Shown in pieces: positions 1-10,451 of a stretch of 64,000 nt of DNA. Origin of the DNA: Methanothrix sp. Lineage in GTDB: Archaea; Halobacteriota; Methanosarcinia; Methanotrichales; Methanotrichaceae. The notes under the pieces were generated by a model. That model saw only the letters and a program-made list of their open reading frames with translations, was not told the origin of the DNA and made no database searches. A program made the position numbers and the translations under genes. The DNA lies in assembly GCA_963682135.1 (NCBI GenBank), contig OY821645.1, forward strand, positions 2,080,001-2,144,000, given 5' to 3'. How positions within the stretch are numbered: position 1 is the stretch's first letter; the number at the start of each line of letters is the position of its first letter.

Positions 1-1
1 G

Positions 2-694
2 AAGTCCACCTTCGCGATCCGCTGTCTTTTGCAGGTCTCTAGGGATATCGGACTGATGATCGACCGAGACATGAACGAGGCCAAGTCAATGCTTCCTGCA
101 TTAGTGGGCCGCGATACCGCCCAGCTCAGCAAAAGCCAGGCCAGTTCGGCAGTGATAGAATCGCTCTCCGAGAACTATGTGGACGCAGTCCTATCGCCCA
201 TATTTTACTACCTGCTCTTTGCTCCTTTTGGCCTGGGCCTCGAGGCCGCTCTGGCTTTCAAAGCCATCAGCACCATGGACTCCATGATAGGCTACAAAAC
301 CAAAGGCCTCAAGGAGCTGGGCTTTGCCGGAGCCAAGCTCGACGATCTGGCAAACTATATTCCTGCTCGCTTATCCGTTATTCTCATCGCCCTGGCCAGG
401 CCGGCCGGCGCAAGCGCGGCCCTGCGCGCAGCGCTGCGCGATCATGGCAGAACGCCCAGCCCCAACTCCGGCTGGCCCATGGCAGCCCTGGCCGGCGCTC
501 TGCATATCCGCCTGGAGAAGCCCGGCTACTATGTGCTGGAGGAAGATGGCAACGAGCCGGAGACCTCGGATGTGCCGCGCGCCCTGCATCTTATGCAGAC
601 TGCAATCGCTATCACCCTGGCCGCGGCATTATTGATCCTGTTCTTCCAGCCGATAGAATCATGGACCATCGTCCTATGGCCCACTAAACTGTAA
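2..694 (+). CDS. cbiB: Adenosylcobinamide-phosphate synthase CbiB/CobD (5' partial, runs off window)
   Basis: Motifs LVGRDT, ESLSEN..D, TMDSMIGY, LDDLANYIPARL and PSPNSGWPMAALAGAL. Frame is open to the window edge. Confidence 0.93.
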   Translation, partial: KSTFAIRCLLQVSRDIGLMIDRDMNEAKSMLPALVGRDTAQLSKSQASSAVIESLSENYVDAVLSPIFYYLLFAPFGLGLEAALAFKAISTMDSMIGYKTKGLKELGFAGAKLDDLANYIPARLSVILIALARPAGASAALRAALRDHGRTPSPNSGWPMAALAGALHIRLEKPGYYVLEEDGNEPETSDVPRALHLMQTAIAITLAAALLILFFQPIESWTIVLWPTKL

Positions 695-893
695 TTTCGT
701 AATATGGAATGATATTCTGGTTTCAATTCAGTCAATATCATTCCTGAGAGAAACCGCACTGTATATTGATTGCACAATTCTTGCCATCTGGAAGAAAAGA
801 AGAACCGGCGGAGATAAAAAGAACCATTGAATAAAAAATATAGTAAGATTGACCACAAATCCACACAGGAACCCTTGGCCAATCCCTCGGGGG

Positions 894-1664
894 TTAGCTC
901 GTTGCCAGATAGACTTTTACGTAGCTCGCTTTAAGATCGCCCGCTTTGGCAGGCAGCTCTTCTGCTTTGTTCTCTTTTGCCAGGTCCATTACCTCATCCA
1001 AGCTGGCCCTTATGGATTTGATTCCCGGCTCGGAGCTGATAGCCTCTACGGCTCGCAATTTTTCATCTGCCTTGGGGTAGACCTCCAACACCATAGAAGC
1101 GTCCTTTTTATTGGCGCCGTCCAATACTTGCTCCATGACGTCATGGAAATCAACCAATGCCACGCTCAAAGGCAGTAAACCACTGCGAATGAGGATCTTC
1201 TGGAAGATCGGCCGGACTCCTTCAAGCTTTGTATGAGCTTGTGTCAGGTTTCCGGTGTAGATGTCATCCTTAACATCAGAAATAATGGCAGATGCATTTG
1301 CCATATCTCCAGAAAATTGTTCATCGGAGGCAATCACCGCAGGACGATAGTCCTCATACTTCTTCTGGAAGGCTGTCAAGGCAACCGTGAGATTTTCGTA
1401 TAGATTGATGGATTCGTTACGCTTTCCCTGTCCTGTGGCAAAAAGCGTCTCTTTGTAGGGATTATTGACCGAGTTGAAGTCATCTAAAAAGAGACTGTTA
1501 TTTGCAGTCTGGTTTTGACCAGTTTCCTGTGCGGCCAGCATGATATCAACATTATCCGTCCCATTGACCGGACCCTGCGCACCCTCTGTTTCTGATGCCA
1601 TGGATAGAGATGATATCATCATTAATATCAAAATTATTTTATACATCATGCAATCATTTCCCAA
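894..1664 (-). CDS. Secreted, mostly helical hypothetical protein
   Basis: 256-aa ORF with N-terminal signal-like segment YKIILILMMISSLSMA and several N-x-S/T sequons. The true start may be one of the next Met codons. Confidence 0.75.
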   Translation of the reverse strand: MGNDCMMYKIILILMMISSLSMASETEGAQGPVNGTDNVDIMLAAQETGQNQTANNSLFLDDFNSVNNPYKETLFATGQGKRNESINLYENLTVALTAFQKKYEDYRPAVIASDEQFSGDMANASAIISDVKDDIYTGNLTQAHTKLEGVRPIFQKILIRSGLLPLSVALVDFHDVMEQVLDGANKKDASMVLEVYPKADEKLRAVEAISSEPGIKSIRASLDEVMDLAKENKAEELPAKAGDLKASYVKVYLATS

Positions 1665-1807
1665 AATTTGTTATTAGCTTGTGCACAATATTATTTAACG
1701 ATTTCGAAGAAAATTTCCGGCTCCTGAGATTGAAAGAGGGCAAAGACAAATGCTTCATCCACCAGATCCATTCAGCATAATGTTTATCCGATTCAAGAGA
1801 AGAGTGT

Positions 1808-2464
1808 TTGCAAATGGAAACTATGGGAGATCTCCTGGAGAAGGTTCGCGAGTTTGCGCATCATAGCTTCACCAAAGAAGAGGCCCAAAAGCTCTTTGGA
1901 TGGAACGTGCGCGATATCGCAGTCAAGAGTGCCGAGAGCGACGAGAGCTATATTTACATCACCTTTGAAAACGGCTATACGTTATTCATCAGGTACTTCC
2001 TCAACTTAGATCCAACCGAGACAGAGGACACCTGCGAGTTTACCCTGGGCTTGCAGACCGACCTGCGCTCCCGCATTAAATATGACATTCATTATGCAGG
2101 CTACATACATGGCCAGGGATACATCCGACTACGCATCGCCGAAACCAAAAACCGAATGGCGCAGATAGTGCTGGAAGAATTTTATGTCCCTGCCATAAAG
2201 AATATCTACAAACCTATAATCCTCAAATTTCAGGGCTTTTATGGCCGCGACTTCTTTGGTGTGGAGGCAGAAAAAGCCCGCGGCGAGATCTTTTATGCTC
2301 CGGTTCGCTACCGGAGTGAACATAAGGCTGCTCGCATCGGTGAGGTGATGGGAAGACTGACAGAGCTGGATCTTCTCCTTAGAGAGCCGCAGATCAGACA
2401 TGCCCTGGCGGAAAACGACCTGCAGTTGAGCCTGCTTCCCAACATGGTCTGGTCCGACCTCTAG
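1808..2464 (+). CDS. Hypothetical protein
   Basis: 218-aa ORF with protein-like composition. Its stop overlaps the stop of the convergent TPR gene. Confidence 0.75.
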   Translation: MQMETMGDLLEKVREFAHHSFTKEEAQKLFGWNVRDIAVKSAESDESYIYITFENGYTLFIRYFLNLDPTETEDTCEFTLGLQTDLRSRIKYDIHYAGYIHGQGYIRLRIAETKNRMAQIVLEEFYVPAIKNIYKPIILKFQGFYGRDFFGVEAEKARGEIFYAPVRYRSEHKAARIGEVMGRLTELDLLLREPQIRHALAENDLQLSLLPNMVWSDL

Positions 2465-5400
2465 TAGATCCCGTGCTGCAATGGCAAAGGCGACGGCTCA
2501 GGCAGCTTTTCAGAAGTCTCTCTTTCCTTCTTTGCATGCAGAATTTTGCTGCTGGGACTTTCCTTATGGCAGGATATTTGCGGGCCGCCGGCGCAGTTCT
2601 GTGCACCATCATCCTTGCAGCCTGCATGCTCCATGCATCCAACCCTGCCAGCCTCTCGCCCCCGAAGTGCTGCCATCTCCTCTGCTCGCGCATAATCACC
2701 CTGGGCCAGGAAGAGACGACTAAGATCCTGGTATAGGATCAGTGAATCATGCATTGCTCCCAAGCGGCCCATGGCAGCCAGCGCCTTTTGTAGCTTGACC
2801 AGGGCTTCGGGATAATCTTTGACCTGAAATGCCAGCCGCCCTAGATTGGCCATAGCTTTGGCTTCTTCATAGGGGTTGGACTGCATTCTTGCTTGGGATA
2901 AAGCCCTCTCAAAACGGCTCTTTCCCTCATGATAGCGCCCTTCTTTCTGATGGAGTTCTCCTTGCGTATTGTAAAGCTTGATATTGAGAATGGGATAATC
3001 GGTGCGAGATATGAGCGACTCCGCCCTGCTGAGATAGAATTTAGCCTCAGCCAGCCGCTCCTCCCGGATCAGGAACTGCGCCCTGGCCATATATCCCTCG
3101 CACAGATCCGGCAGAGCTTCCAGCTCCTCCAGGAGATCGATGGCCTGGCGGAAGTGATCTTCGGCCTCTTTTGCCTGGCCCTTCATGCCAAGAATGGTGC
3201 CCAGATTTAGCCTGGCCTGAGCAATGCATGGCGCAGCATCAAGCCTTTGAAAGATCTCCAGGGCCTCACCTAAGAGAGCGAAGGCTCCATCTAAATCACC
3301 TTTATCTTCAAAAACGAGGGCCATATTGAAACGGATCTGAGCCTGGCTGTAAATCTCCCCTACAGCCGAAAAGAGTTGCAGGCTCTCCTGGTAGCAGGAA
3401 AGAGCAGCCTCCCACTGGCAGCGATCTGCCAGAGAGCCAGCCAGTGCACTGAGCACCTCTGCCTGACCGCAGAGGTCTCCTTGTGCTTTCAACTCACCAA
3501 CCTGCTTGTAATAATCATCAAGATCATCGGGAATGTCGCTTCGGCCAGGACGTAGCATGTCGATATTGGACTGCATCTCCAGGGCGCCCTGCCCGTCTCC
3601 CAGGCGCCTAAAAATCTCCAGGCCCCTTAAGAAATGCTCCTTTGCTAAACTGCGCTCGCCTCTGCCATGGTAGAAGTTGCCCAGGTTGCCCAAAACCCGC
3701 GCCGCCCCGGCCATATCATCCAGCCTCTCGAAGAGATCCAGGCTCTCCTGGTAGCACTCTAAAGCCTGGGACCATTCACCTCTCTTGTAGCATAGGCTGG
3801 CCATATTGCTCAAGACGGATGCCTGGCTTTTGTCATCACCCACTCTGGCAAAACCATCGCAACTCTGGCGGTAGCTCTCAATAGCCTTCGTCCAATCGCC
3901 ACGCCGGTAACAGATATTGGCCAGATTGTTCCTGGCCACAGCCATGGAATACTCATCGCCCAGCCGCTCCAAGATTGTCAGGCTCTCCTCATAGTTTTGC
4001 AGAGCATGATCCCACTCACCCAGATCTGCCAGCAGATTTCCCCAAGAGCATAATACTGCAGCCAAAGCATCCGATTCTCCCAGGGAGCGAAGGGCATCCG
4101 ATGCCAGGACGTAGCTGGCCTCTGCCTCTTGCCATAGACCAAGCCGAAGAGATACATTGACAAGGCCATCCAAAGCTGCTGTTATGACCGGGGAGTTCTC
4201 CTGCCTCATTCCCATTTGGAGGCATTCCTGAAAATACTTCATAGCTTCCTTTAGCTCTCCCTTCTTGGCCTTTGCCCCGGCCAGACCAAGGAGCGACTTC
4301 CCCTCACTCCTCAGGTCGCTGACCTCTCGGAAGATAGCCAGGCTCTGCCGGTACATCTCCTCCGCCGTTTCCAGCTCGTCCTCCTGGTAATAGGCAGCTG
4401 CCAGATTGGCCAGAGTTGTGGCCACGCCATGCTGGTCATTTTGAGCGCGCTTGGCATCCAGACTCAAATTATAGCATAAAATAGCCTTACGTGTGTCTCC
4501 TAGATCTGAGTGCAGATTTCCCAGATTGTTTTGCGCCAGAGAAAAACCGTGAAGATCTCCCAGATCTTCATAAGCCGTAGCGGCCTGCTCAAAATATTCC
4601 CGAGCATAATCCCATTCGCCCTTGCACTGAGCTGTCAGACCTAAAGAAAGCTTAATACTCGCTTCGCCGGCCATATCAGTCCCGTCTCTGGCCGCGAGGC
4701 TTTTTTGCAGGTAATCTTCCGCAAGAGAGAACTCTCCTTTGCTCTGGTAGATAAGACCCAAATTAGCCTCTGTCTGGTACTTGCCCTGCTCATTGCCCAG
4801 CTGCGAGAAGATCTCTAAAGCGCGACCGTAGAAGTTTAGAGCATCCTCCTGTTCCCCATTTAAATGACATAAGCTTCCCAGATTGGATAGAGCTTCCGCT
4901 GCGGGAAGCCATTTTTCGTTCTGCATCAGCAGATCTGCGGCCCTCTGAAAACAGTCTTTTCCAGGGCAGTATTCCCGCCGGTCGGCATGAATCAGTCCCA
5001 TGCAGCTATATGCATCGGCAATTGCGCCGGGGTCATTTAACTGCTCTCTGATCTCCAGGCATTGCCGGGAGCATTGCAGAGCTTCATCAAGCCGATTTTG
5101 CATGCGATAATTGCCGGCAAGCAATACGAGCAGATCGGCAACGCTGCCCAGGTCGCCCTGACCATGCATGATCTCTCTGGCCCTCTCTAAATGACCCTCT
5201 GCCAGGACATAATCGCCTAAATCCAGGAAGCATTGCCCTATGCGACCCTGAGCACGAGCTGCCAGGAGACTGTCGCCTTCTTCTAAGGCCGGCAGGCTTT
5301 TTTCATAATGGATAGCAGCCTCATTATACCTGCCTTCCAGGAAAAAGAAATCCGCTAGTTGAAAGCGCATCCTGGCAGCGGACAAAATATCACCAATATC

Positions 5401-6192
5401 TTGCAGATAATGCAGGGCTTTTTCCAGGCAGCTTTCCACTCGATTCGCCGCCCCCGTAAGCTGATAGATAGAGGCAAGCGCTGCGAGCGATGCCGCCATT
5501 TTCCTGCGGTCCTGGACCTTCTCCCTCCCAGAGAGGCTCTTTTGATAGAATTCCTCCGCCTCGCCATAGTTGCCCTTTATCTGGCAGAGCTCTCCCAGGC
5601 AATGAAGCGCATCGGCCCGGCGGGAGTGATCTTCGCCATCGAGCAAGCGAAGCATTTTAGAATAGCACTGCTCCGCTTTTGACATATCCCCTCGCCGACA
5701 ACTGGCCCTGCCTAAATTTGCCAGAACGGTGCACATCAGAGAAGGACTCTTGTTCTCATCAAGGATCAACAAGGCTTTTTCATAGAACCGGCAGGCTCGA
5801 TCCCAGTCCTCATCATCGCTGCAAAGGCGTCCCATGCAATTGCAAACCAACGCCCTTCCCTCATCATCCCCCTGCGCCTGGGCCAGACGGGCACTCTTCT
5901 CAAAGTACTCCTCTGCTGCGTGGCGAAAGAAGAGGCTGGCGGCCAGTCTGCCTAAATTAAACCATGCAGTTGAGCTGCTACTGCCTGAGAGTGAATCAGC
6001 CAAGCCGGCAAGCATCCTTTGCATCTGATCCTCATCGGAGGAGAGTATGGACTCAATTAAGGGTGAAACGAGATCGGACCCCTGGAGTGAGAGCGCACGC
6101 AGTCGTTTTGGCTCGTAGCCTCCTGGCTGGCAAAGGACATCGGCCAGGATTCCTAGAGAGAAGACGCTGCTATCATCAGTCATCATTTCCAC
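2461..6192 (-). CDS. Large tetratricopeptide-repeat protein (about 40-aa TPR_12-like repeats)
   Basis: 1243 aa of repeating A..L.NLG..Y...G...A...Y..SL.I units. Confidence 0.9.
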   Translation of the reverse strand: MEMMTDDSSVFSLGILADVLCQPGGYEPKRLRALSLQGSDLVSPLIESILSSDEDQMQRMLAGLADSLSGSSSSTAWFNLGRLAASLFFRHAAEEYFEKSARLAQAQGDDEGRALVCNCMGRLCSDDEDWDRACRFYEKALLILDENKSPSLMCTVLANLGRASCRRGDMSKAEQCYSKMLRLLDGEDHSRRADALHCLGELCQIKGNYGEAEEFYQKSLSGREKVQDRRKMAASLAALASIYQLTGAANRVESCLEKALHYLQDIGDILSAARMRFQLADFFFLEGRYNEAAIHYEKSLPALEEGDSLLAARAQGRIGQCFLDLGDYVLAEGHLERAREIMHGQGDLGSVADLLVLLAGNYRMQNRLDEALQCSRQCLEIREQLNDPGAIADAYSCMGLIHADRREYCPGKDCFQRAADLLMQNEKWLPAAEALSNLGSLCHLNGEQEDALNFYGRALEIFSQLGNEQGKYQTEANLGLIYQSKGEFSLAEDYLQKSLAARDGTDMAGEASIKLSLGLTAQCKGEWDYAREYFEQAATAYEDLGDLHGFSLAQNNLGNLHSDLGDTRKAILCYNLSLDAKRAQNDQHGVATTLANLAAAYYQEDELETAEEMYRQSLAIFREVSDLRSEGKSLLGLAGAKAKKGELKEAMKYFQECLQMGMRQENSPVITAALDGLVNVSLRLGLWQEAEASYVLASDALRSLGESDALAAVLCSWGNLLADLGEWDHALQNYEESLTILERLGDEYSMAVARNNLANICYRRGDWTKAIESYRQSCDGFARVGDDKSQASVLSNMASLCYKRGEWSQALECYQESLDLFERLDDMAGAARVLGNLGNFYHGRGERSLAKEHFLRGLEIFRRLGDGQGALEMQSNIDMLRPGRSDIPDDLDDYYKQVGELKAQGDLCGQAEVLSALAGSLADRCQWEAALSCYQESLQLFSAVGEIYSQAQIRFNMALVFEDKGDLDGAFALLGEALEIFQRLDAAPCIAQARLNLGTILGMKGQAKEAEDHFRQAIDLLEELEALPDLCEGYMARAQFLIREERLAEAKFYLSRAESLISRTDYPILNIKLYNTQGELHQKEGRYHEGKSRFERALSQARMQSNPYEEAKAMANLGRLAFQVKDYPEALVKLQKALAAMGRLGAMHDSLILYQDLSRLFLAQGDYARAEEMAALRGREAGRVGCMEHAGCKDDGAQNCAGGPQISCHKESPSSKILHAKKERETSEKLPEPSPLPLQHGIY

Positions 6193-6584
6193 CCGCAGTT
6201 AACAGAAGTAATTGATATCATATGTAAAAAGAATTGTATCGACGATCTTGCACATAGATATACAGAAAAATTTGTTATAGTATTAGTCCAAGACATGAAC
6301 CATTGCTTTTCCATATCACATAGCGGATCAGTATCAAGTATCATATCTTCCCCCCTACAACCGCTAAAATATTCACCATTAACCTATTCTTTCCGTATTA
6401 ACTGTCCCGCCATATATAAGTTACTATTTCTTTAGATTGTTATTTTCATAACTAGATTATATTAAAATGTATTTTAATAAATTAACGGCAGATTGGTGAT
6501 CCAATTACAATAAATGAAAATAATTGGTCATTGCAAACAAAAAAATTAAGTAAAAAATATGAACTGGCCCCGTAAAGAAAAGAG

Positions 6585-6971
6585 CTACTTTAAAACCAGC
6601 TTCAAAGCACGCTGAGGGCAGCCCATGATGCAAGCACCACACTGAATGCACTTACCTGAATCGGCCACGACCAGCCAATCCTCGAAACGAAATGCGCCCG
6701 TGGGACAAATGGAAACACATGCCCCACAATGCACGCACTCATTTTCATCTCTGATGACGGGAATCTCCAAGGGCACAACCTTTACCCCGCGCCTCTCAAA
6801 TGCCTCCTTTACCATCAAACACTTGTCTTGGGGCACTTCCAGCACGATCTCACCACTCACTGCATCGATGCTGGCTCTCTCGATGTTCACCAGAGCACCG
6901 GTCTCCAGAATAACTGAAGCAATGAGAGGATAACGCACAATTCCAGGAGCTACATGCAGCATTAATTTCAT
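6585..6971 (-). CDS. NIL-domain 2x[4Fe-4S] ferredoxin, partner of the aspartate-semialdehyde sulfurtransferase
   Basis: N-terminal NIL-like segment (VNIERASI) plus two CxxCxxCxxxCP motifs. Lies directly downstream of the DUF39-CBS gene. Confidence 0.88.
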   Translation of the reverse strand: MKLMLHVAPGIVRYPLIASVILETGALVNIERASIDAVSGEIVLEVPQDKCLMVKEAFERRGVKVVPLEIPVIRDENECVHCGACVSICPTGAFRFEDWLVVADSGKCIQCGACIMGCPQRALKLVLK

Positions 6972-6974
6972 TAA

Positions 6975-8477
6975 TTATCGCCTCCGCGCGAAGAGCCGGG
7001 AAAGGTGGTTGCTGGTGATCATCCCGATTACCTTGTTGTCTCTATCTACCACAGGCATTGCCGAGATGCTGTGCGTGTCAAAGGTGCGAGCCGCAAGCTC
7101 AATGGGCTCATCGGCGTTGACGGAATAAACCCGACGGGTCATGATATCCCCAATGCGAGAGGATTTGCCACCCGCCACTGCCTTGGATATATCCCAGGCG
7201 GTAATTATGCCCATCAGTCGTCCGTCCCGGGAGACCACCGGCAGGTGATCGAAGCTGCCGCTCACAATCAACCGGGCTGCCTCCTCTACCCCGATGTCCT
7301 CATGAGCCGTGACCACGTCGCGACTCATTACATCTCCTACATTTGGAGATTCCTTGGTCTGCTTCATGGGCCGGGAGCTGCCTACACGAGATAAGGGCTC
7401 CACGGCACTGCTTAACAGAAACTCGCCCTTCTCCACCTGCTGCTTTAGAGTGTTGGCCACTTCCCTGGCCACATGGAAACTGGAGAGTGAGGAAGTCGAG
7501 ACCTCTTTTCCATTAATCTCGATCATACCTGACTTCAGATCTTCGTAGCTAACCATTTTCAAAGAGGGCCGATCCCGTCGAGCGATGCCGTAGTCTACTA
7601 CTGGAACCGTGATGTCTCTATCCCGCACGGCAGTACTCTTGGCCAGCTTTTCATTGAGGATTGGTATGGGGATGCCAATCCCCAGGTATAGACTGGGGCC
7701 GTATTTGTGAAACGTCGCCGCCCTTAGAAAACGATTATTCATCTTCTTCAGATCACCCGTGACCATGAGCGTGGAGAAGTTATTCTGAGGATTATGCTGC
7801 GTTCCGGATCCCATGACATACCCTTGGGCACCGGCCAGAAAGATGCGCGTGCCCACTCCAATGTAATCGAAATTCGGATCATTGGATAGCGGAGAGAGTA
7901 CGCCCGATCCGCTGTAGTGAATATTGCCAAAGCGAGGAAGCAGCGTGCCCATGTAGGTATGCATGGTACGATCGGCAGAATTGGTGGCCGCATTATAGCG
8001 CTGGTAAGCATTGCGGGGATTGACCATGATGGCCTGATTAAAATCCTCCAGACGCAGACTGGTCTGCAGGTCCATCTGAGGATAGCAGTCCGTGCCCGCA
8101 CCATATGCGTCTACCTCTATCTGCTTTCCCGAAATGAGATCTTCCATAACATGCGCTCCGCCGTACTCTATTCCCCTATCCTCGGAAGGCTGCGTCGCAC
8201 CTAAGAACAGATCGACTGCAGCAACACCTCCGTAGGCTTCTACCTTATTGAGTAGAGCTTTGGAAATTTTTATGGGCGGGTCGCTATGGCCCAGATTAAG
8301 AAATACTCCCGAGGAGCACATGGCCCCGAAGGTTCCAGTGGTTACTACATCCACCTCGCGCACAGCTCCGGCAAGGCCCAGCTCGTCCACAATGTCAGGC
8401 ATCTCCTCTGCCGTTACGACGCGGGCGCTCCCGTCGCGAATGCGTTCGTTGATATCCGCTAACGACTTCTCTTGCAC
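6975..8477 (-). CDS. Homocysteine biosynthesis protein (L-aspartate semialdehyde sulfurtransferase, DUF39 + CBS pair)
   Basis: Motifs VDVVTTGTFGAMCSSG, GTDCYP and NPRNAYQ, plus C-terminal tandem CBS domains. GTG start at 8477 chosen from an upstream GAGGA; the ORF extends to 8498. Confidence 0.9.
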   Translation of the reverse strand: MQEKSLADINERIRDGSARVVTAEEMPDIVDELGLAGAVREVDVVTTGTFGAMCSSGVFLNLGHSDPPIKISKALLNKVEAYGGVAAVDLFLGATQPSEDRGIEYGGAHVMEDLISGKQIEVDAYGAGTDCYPQMDLQTSLRLEDFNQAIMVNPRNAYQRYNAATNSADRTMHTYMGTLLPRFGNIHYSGSGVLSPLSNDPNFDYIGVGTRIFLAGAQGYVMGSGTQHNPQNNFSTLMVTGDLKKMNNRFLRAATFHKYGPSLYLGIGIPIPILNEKLAKSTAVRDRDITVPVVDYGIARRDRPSLKMVSYEDLKSGMIEINGKEVSTSSLSSFHVAREVANTLKQQVEKGEFLLSSAVEPLSRVGSSRPMKQTKESPNVGDVMSRDVVTAHEDIGVEEAARLIVSGSFDHLPVVSRDGRLMGIITAWDISKAVAGGKSSRIGDIMTRRVYSVNADEPIELAARTFDTHSISAMPVVDRDNKVIGMITSNHLSRLFARRR

Positions 8478-8569
8478 GAATTCCTCAAAAGTCGGCAATC
8501 CGATAAAAACTTGTTGGGCTTTTCCGGTCCAACAACGTTATCTGCCTTAACTGAAATGATTTTAAGCCT

Positions 8570-10072
8570 ATGCCACAGAAGCCTGGCAAGAGAATTGTCC
8601 TCACCAGCGATGCCACCATGATGAGCAGCTATCACGGAGGAGTGATGCTCGGCTTTGCCGCCATAATGCCCAGGAGAGCTCTGCCTGACTGGATTTTTCA
8701 TAATTTATTCTGCCCGCCCGTGCCTGCCGCAAAGGACGGCTCAGCAGAGATCGCGCCTTGCGGCCTGAGAAAGGTAGAGGCGGCATTGCTGGAAGCGGGC
8801 TTTTCCCGAGACGAGGTAATGGTGGCCCATCCCTATCATCTTGACCAGGCCATCGGACCGAACACGAAGATCGTGGGCATAACTCATGACGATCCCATGG
8901 GAAAGATCGCTGTGCGAGAGGTCGAAGATATAATAGGCAGAGGGCCACCCTTCAATCGAAGCGAGTTTCTGCAGCTCGTGCGCCATCCCCTCATTAGAGA
9001 GCATAGACCCAAGGTAGTAGTAGGCGGCAACGGCGCCTGGGAGGTAATGGGCGAAGATGTGGGCGTGGATCACATCTACCTGGGCGAAGGAGAAAGCGAT
9101 TTTCCGGATATTTGCAGAAAGATCATCGGCAATGAGAAGGTATCGCAGGTCATCCGGGGAAAAGCCGTTGCCGGAGAAGCAATTCCCGTCAATCGCAGTG
9201 CTACCATCGGCGGTATTGTAGAGATTGGCAGGGGCTGCTGGCGAGGCTGCGCCTTCTGCTCGCCTGCTATGCGCTCTTTGCGCCACAGGCCTTTGGAAAA
9301 GATATTGGAGGATGTGCAGGTAAACCTGGATAGTGGTCAGAAGGACATTATCCTGCACAGCGAGGATTTCTTCTCCTACGGCTACCACGCCGGCAGGACG
9401 GATGAGGAGAAGATACGCAAACTGGTATCTGCGGTAAAAGGGCTCGGGCCGAAGACCATTGATGTCTCCCACCTCAGCCTGGCCTCAGTTTATCAAAACC
9501 AGGGACTCTTGCGCGCTGTCTCGCAGATCGTTGGCGTGGGCTCGGATCAGAATCACATGTCTGCCTGGATCGGCATAGAGACAGGGAGCTGCCGCATCCT
9601 GAAGATGCATATGCCTAATAAAGCGCGGCCCGCAGAGATCGATAATTGGCCGGAAATTGTGAGGGATTGTTACCGTCTCTTCGCCGAAGAGTCCTGGCTG
9701 CCCGTGGCAAGCCTTGTCCTGGGCCTGCCGGAAGAGACCGTAGAGGATGTCATAGAGACCACGCAGCTGGTGGAGTCGCTTATGGATTATACCGGGCTCA
9801 TGCTGCCCCTCTTTTTCACCACCATTGCGGATACCAAGCTGGGAGGAAGAAGAGGCTTTGCCAGAGAGGATGCCCTGCCCGAGCACTGGCAGCTGGTGGG
9901 ACTGTGCCTGGAGTATAACCTGCGCCACCTCAAGAAACTACACCGCCTCTACCGAGAAAGGATGACCGCAGGACCTGCTGTTCATGCCGCTCTCAGAGGC
10001 ATGAATCTGATGGCAGACCTTGTGCTTGGCAAGTATATGAAAAGAATGAAAAGAGGCGAGCCGCCCAACTGA
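8570..10072 (+). CDS. B12-binding-domain radical SAM protein
   Basis: EIGRGCWRGCAFC (CxxxCxxC), VVVGG.GA, GIETGS and VLGLPEET motifs. Confidence 0.88.
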   Translation: MPQKPGKRIVLTSDATMMSSYHGGVMLGFAAIMPRRALPDWIFHNLFCPPVPAAKDGSAEIAPCGLRKVEAALLEAGFSRDEVMVAHPYHLDQAIGPNTKIVGITHDDPMGKIAVREVEDIIGRGPPFNRSEFLQLVRHPLIREHRPKVVVGGNGAWEVMGEDVGVDHIYLGEGESDFPDICRKIIGNEKVSQVIRGKAVAGEAIPVNRSATIGGIVEIGRGCWRGCAFCSPAMRSLRHRPLEKILEDVQVNLDSGQKDIILHSEDFFSYGYHAGRTDEEKIRKLVSAVKGLGPKTIDVSHLSLASVYQNQGLLRAVSQIVGVGSDQNHMSAWIGIETGSCRILKMHMPNKARPAEIDNWPEIVRDCYRLFAEESWLPVASLVLGLPEETVEDVIETTQLVESLMDYTGLMLPLFFTTIADTKLGGRRGFAREDALPEHWQLVGLCLEYNLRHLKKLHRLYRERMTAGPAVHAALRGMNLMADLVLGKYMKRMKRGEPPN

Positions 10073-10110
10073 TGCTTCGCCTTATCGATATCATGCGATA
10101 TAAGCAGTTT

Positions 10111-10413
10111 TTAGTAATTGTCCAGAACAGACCTCACAACACCTTTGTGATCTCCCTTGAGGGAATAGACGTTATGGTCCCCGGAAACGTCAATGCTCAG
10201 AATGCCCAGGCGAGTATTCATGAGCCCCACCATGGCCGAAACCCCCCGATAGCTGACGTCAAAACCCTCCTTAGCGAGGTAGGTGAAGACGTCCTCAGTG
10301 GTGTAAGCTCCATCGCTCAAAAACAACTTTAAGACAGCCTTCCGAATTCCTATTCCGTCCCTCTTAAGATAATTTCTGAGCCTCTCCTGGATTCGTTCTT
10401 CAGCGCTTTCCAT
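10111..10413 (-). CDS. Small winged-helix protein (DUF2551-like, methanogen)
   Basis: Resembles a methanogen family with RD..GIR..VL..FL and VSAMVG.M.TRLGIL. Confidence 0.75.
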   Translation of the reverse strand: MESAEERIQERLRNYLKRDGIGIRKAVLKLFLSDGAYTTEDVFTYLAKEGFDVSYRGVSAMVGLMNTRLGILSIDVSGDHNVYSLKGDHKGVVRSVLDNY

Positions 10414-10451
10414 CCGGCAAAATCACCGCCCTCAACCAATGAATTTAAGGA

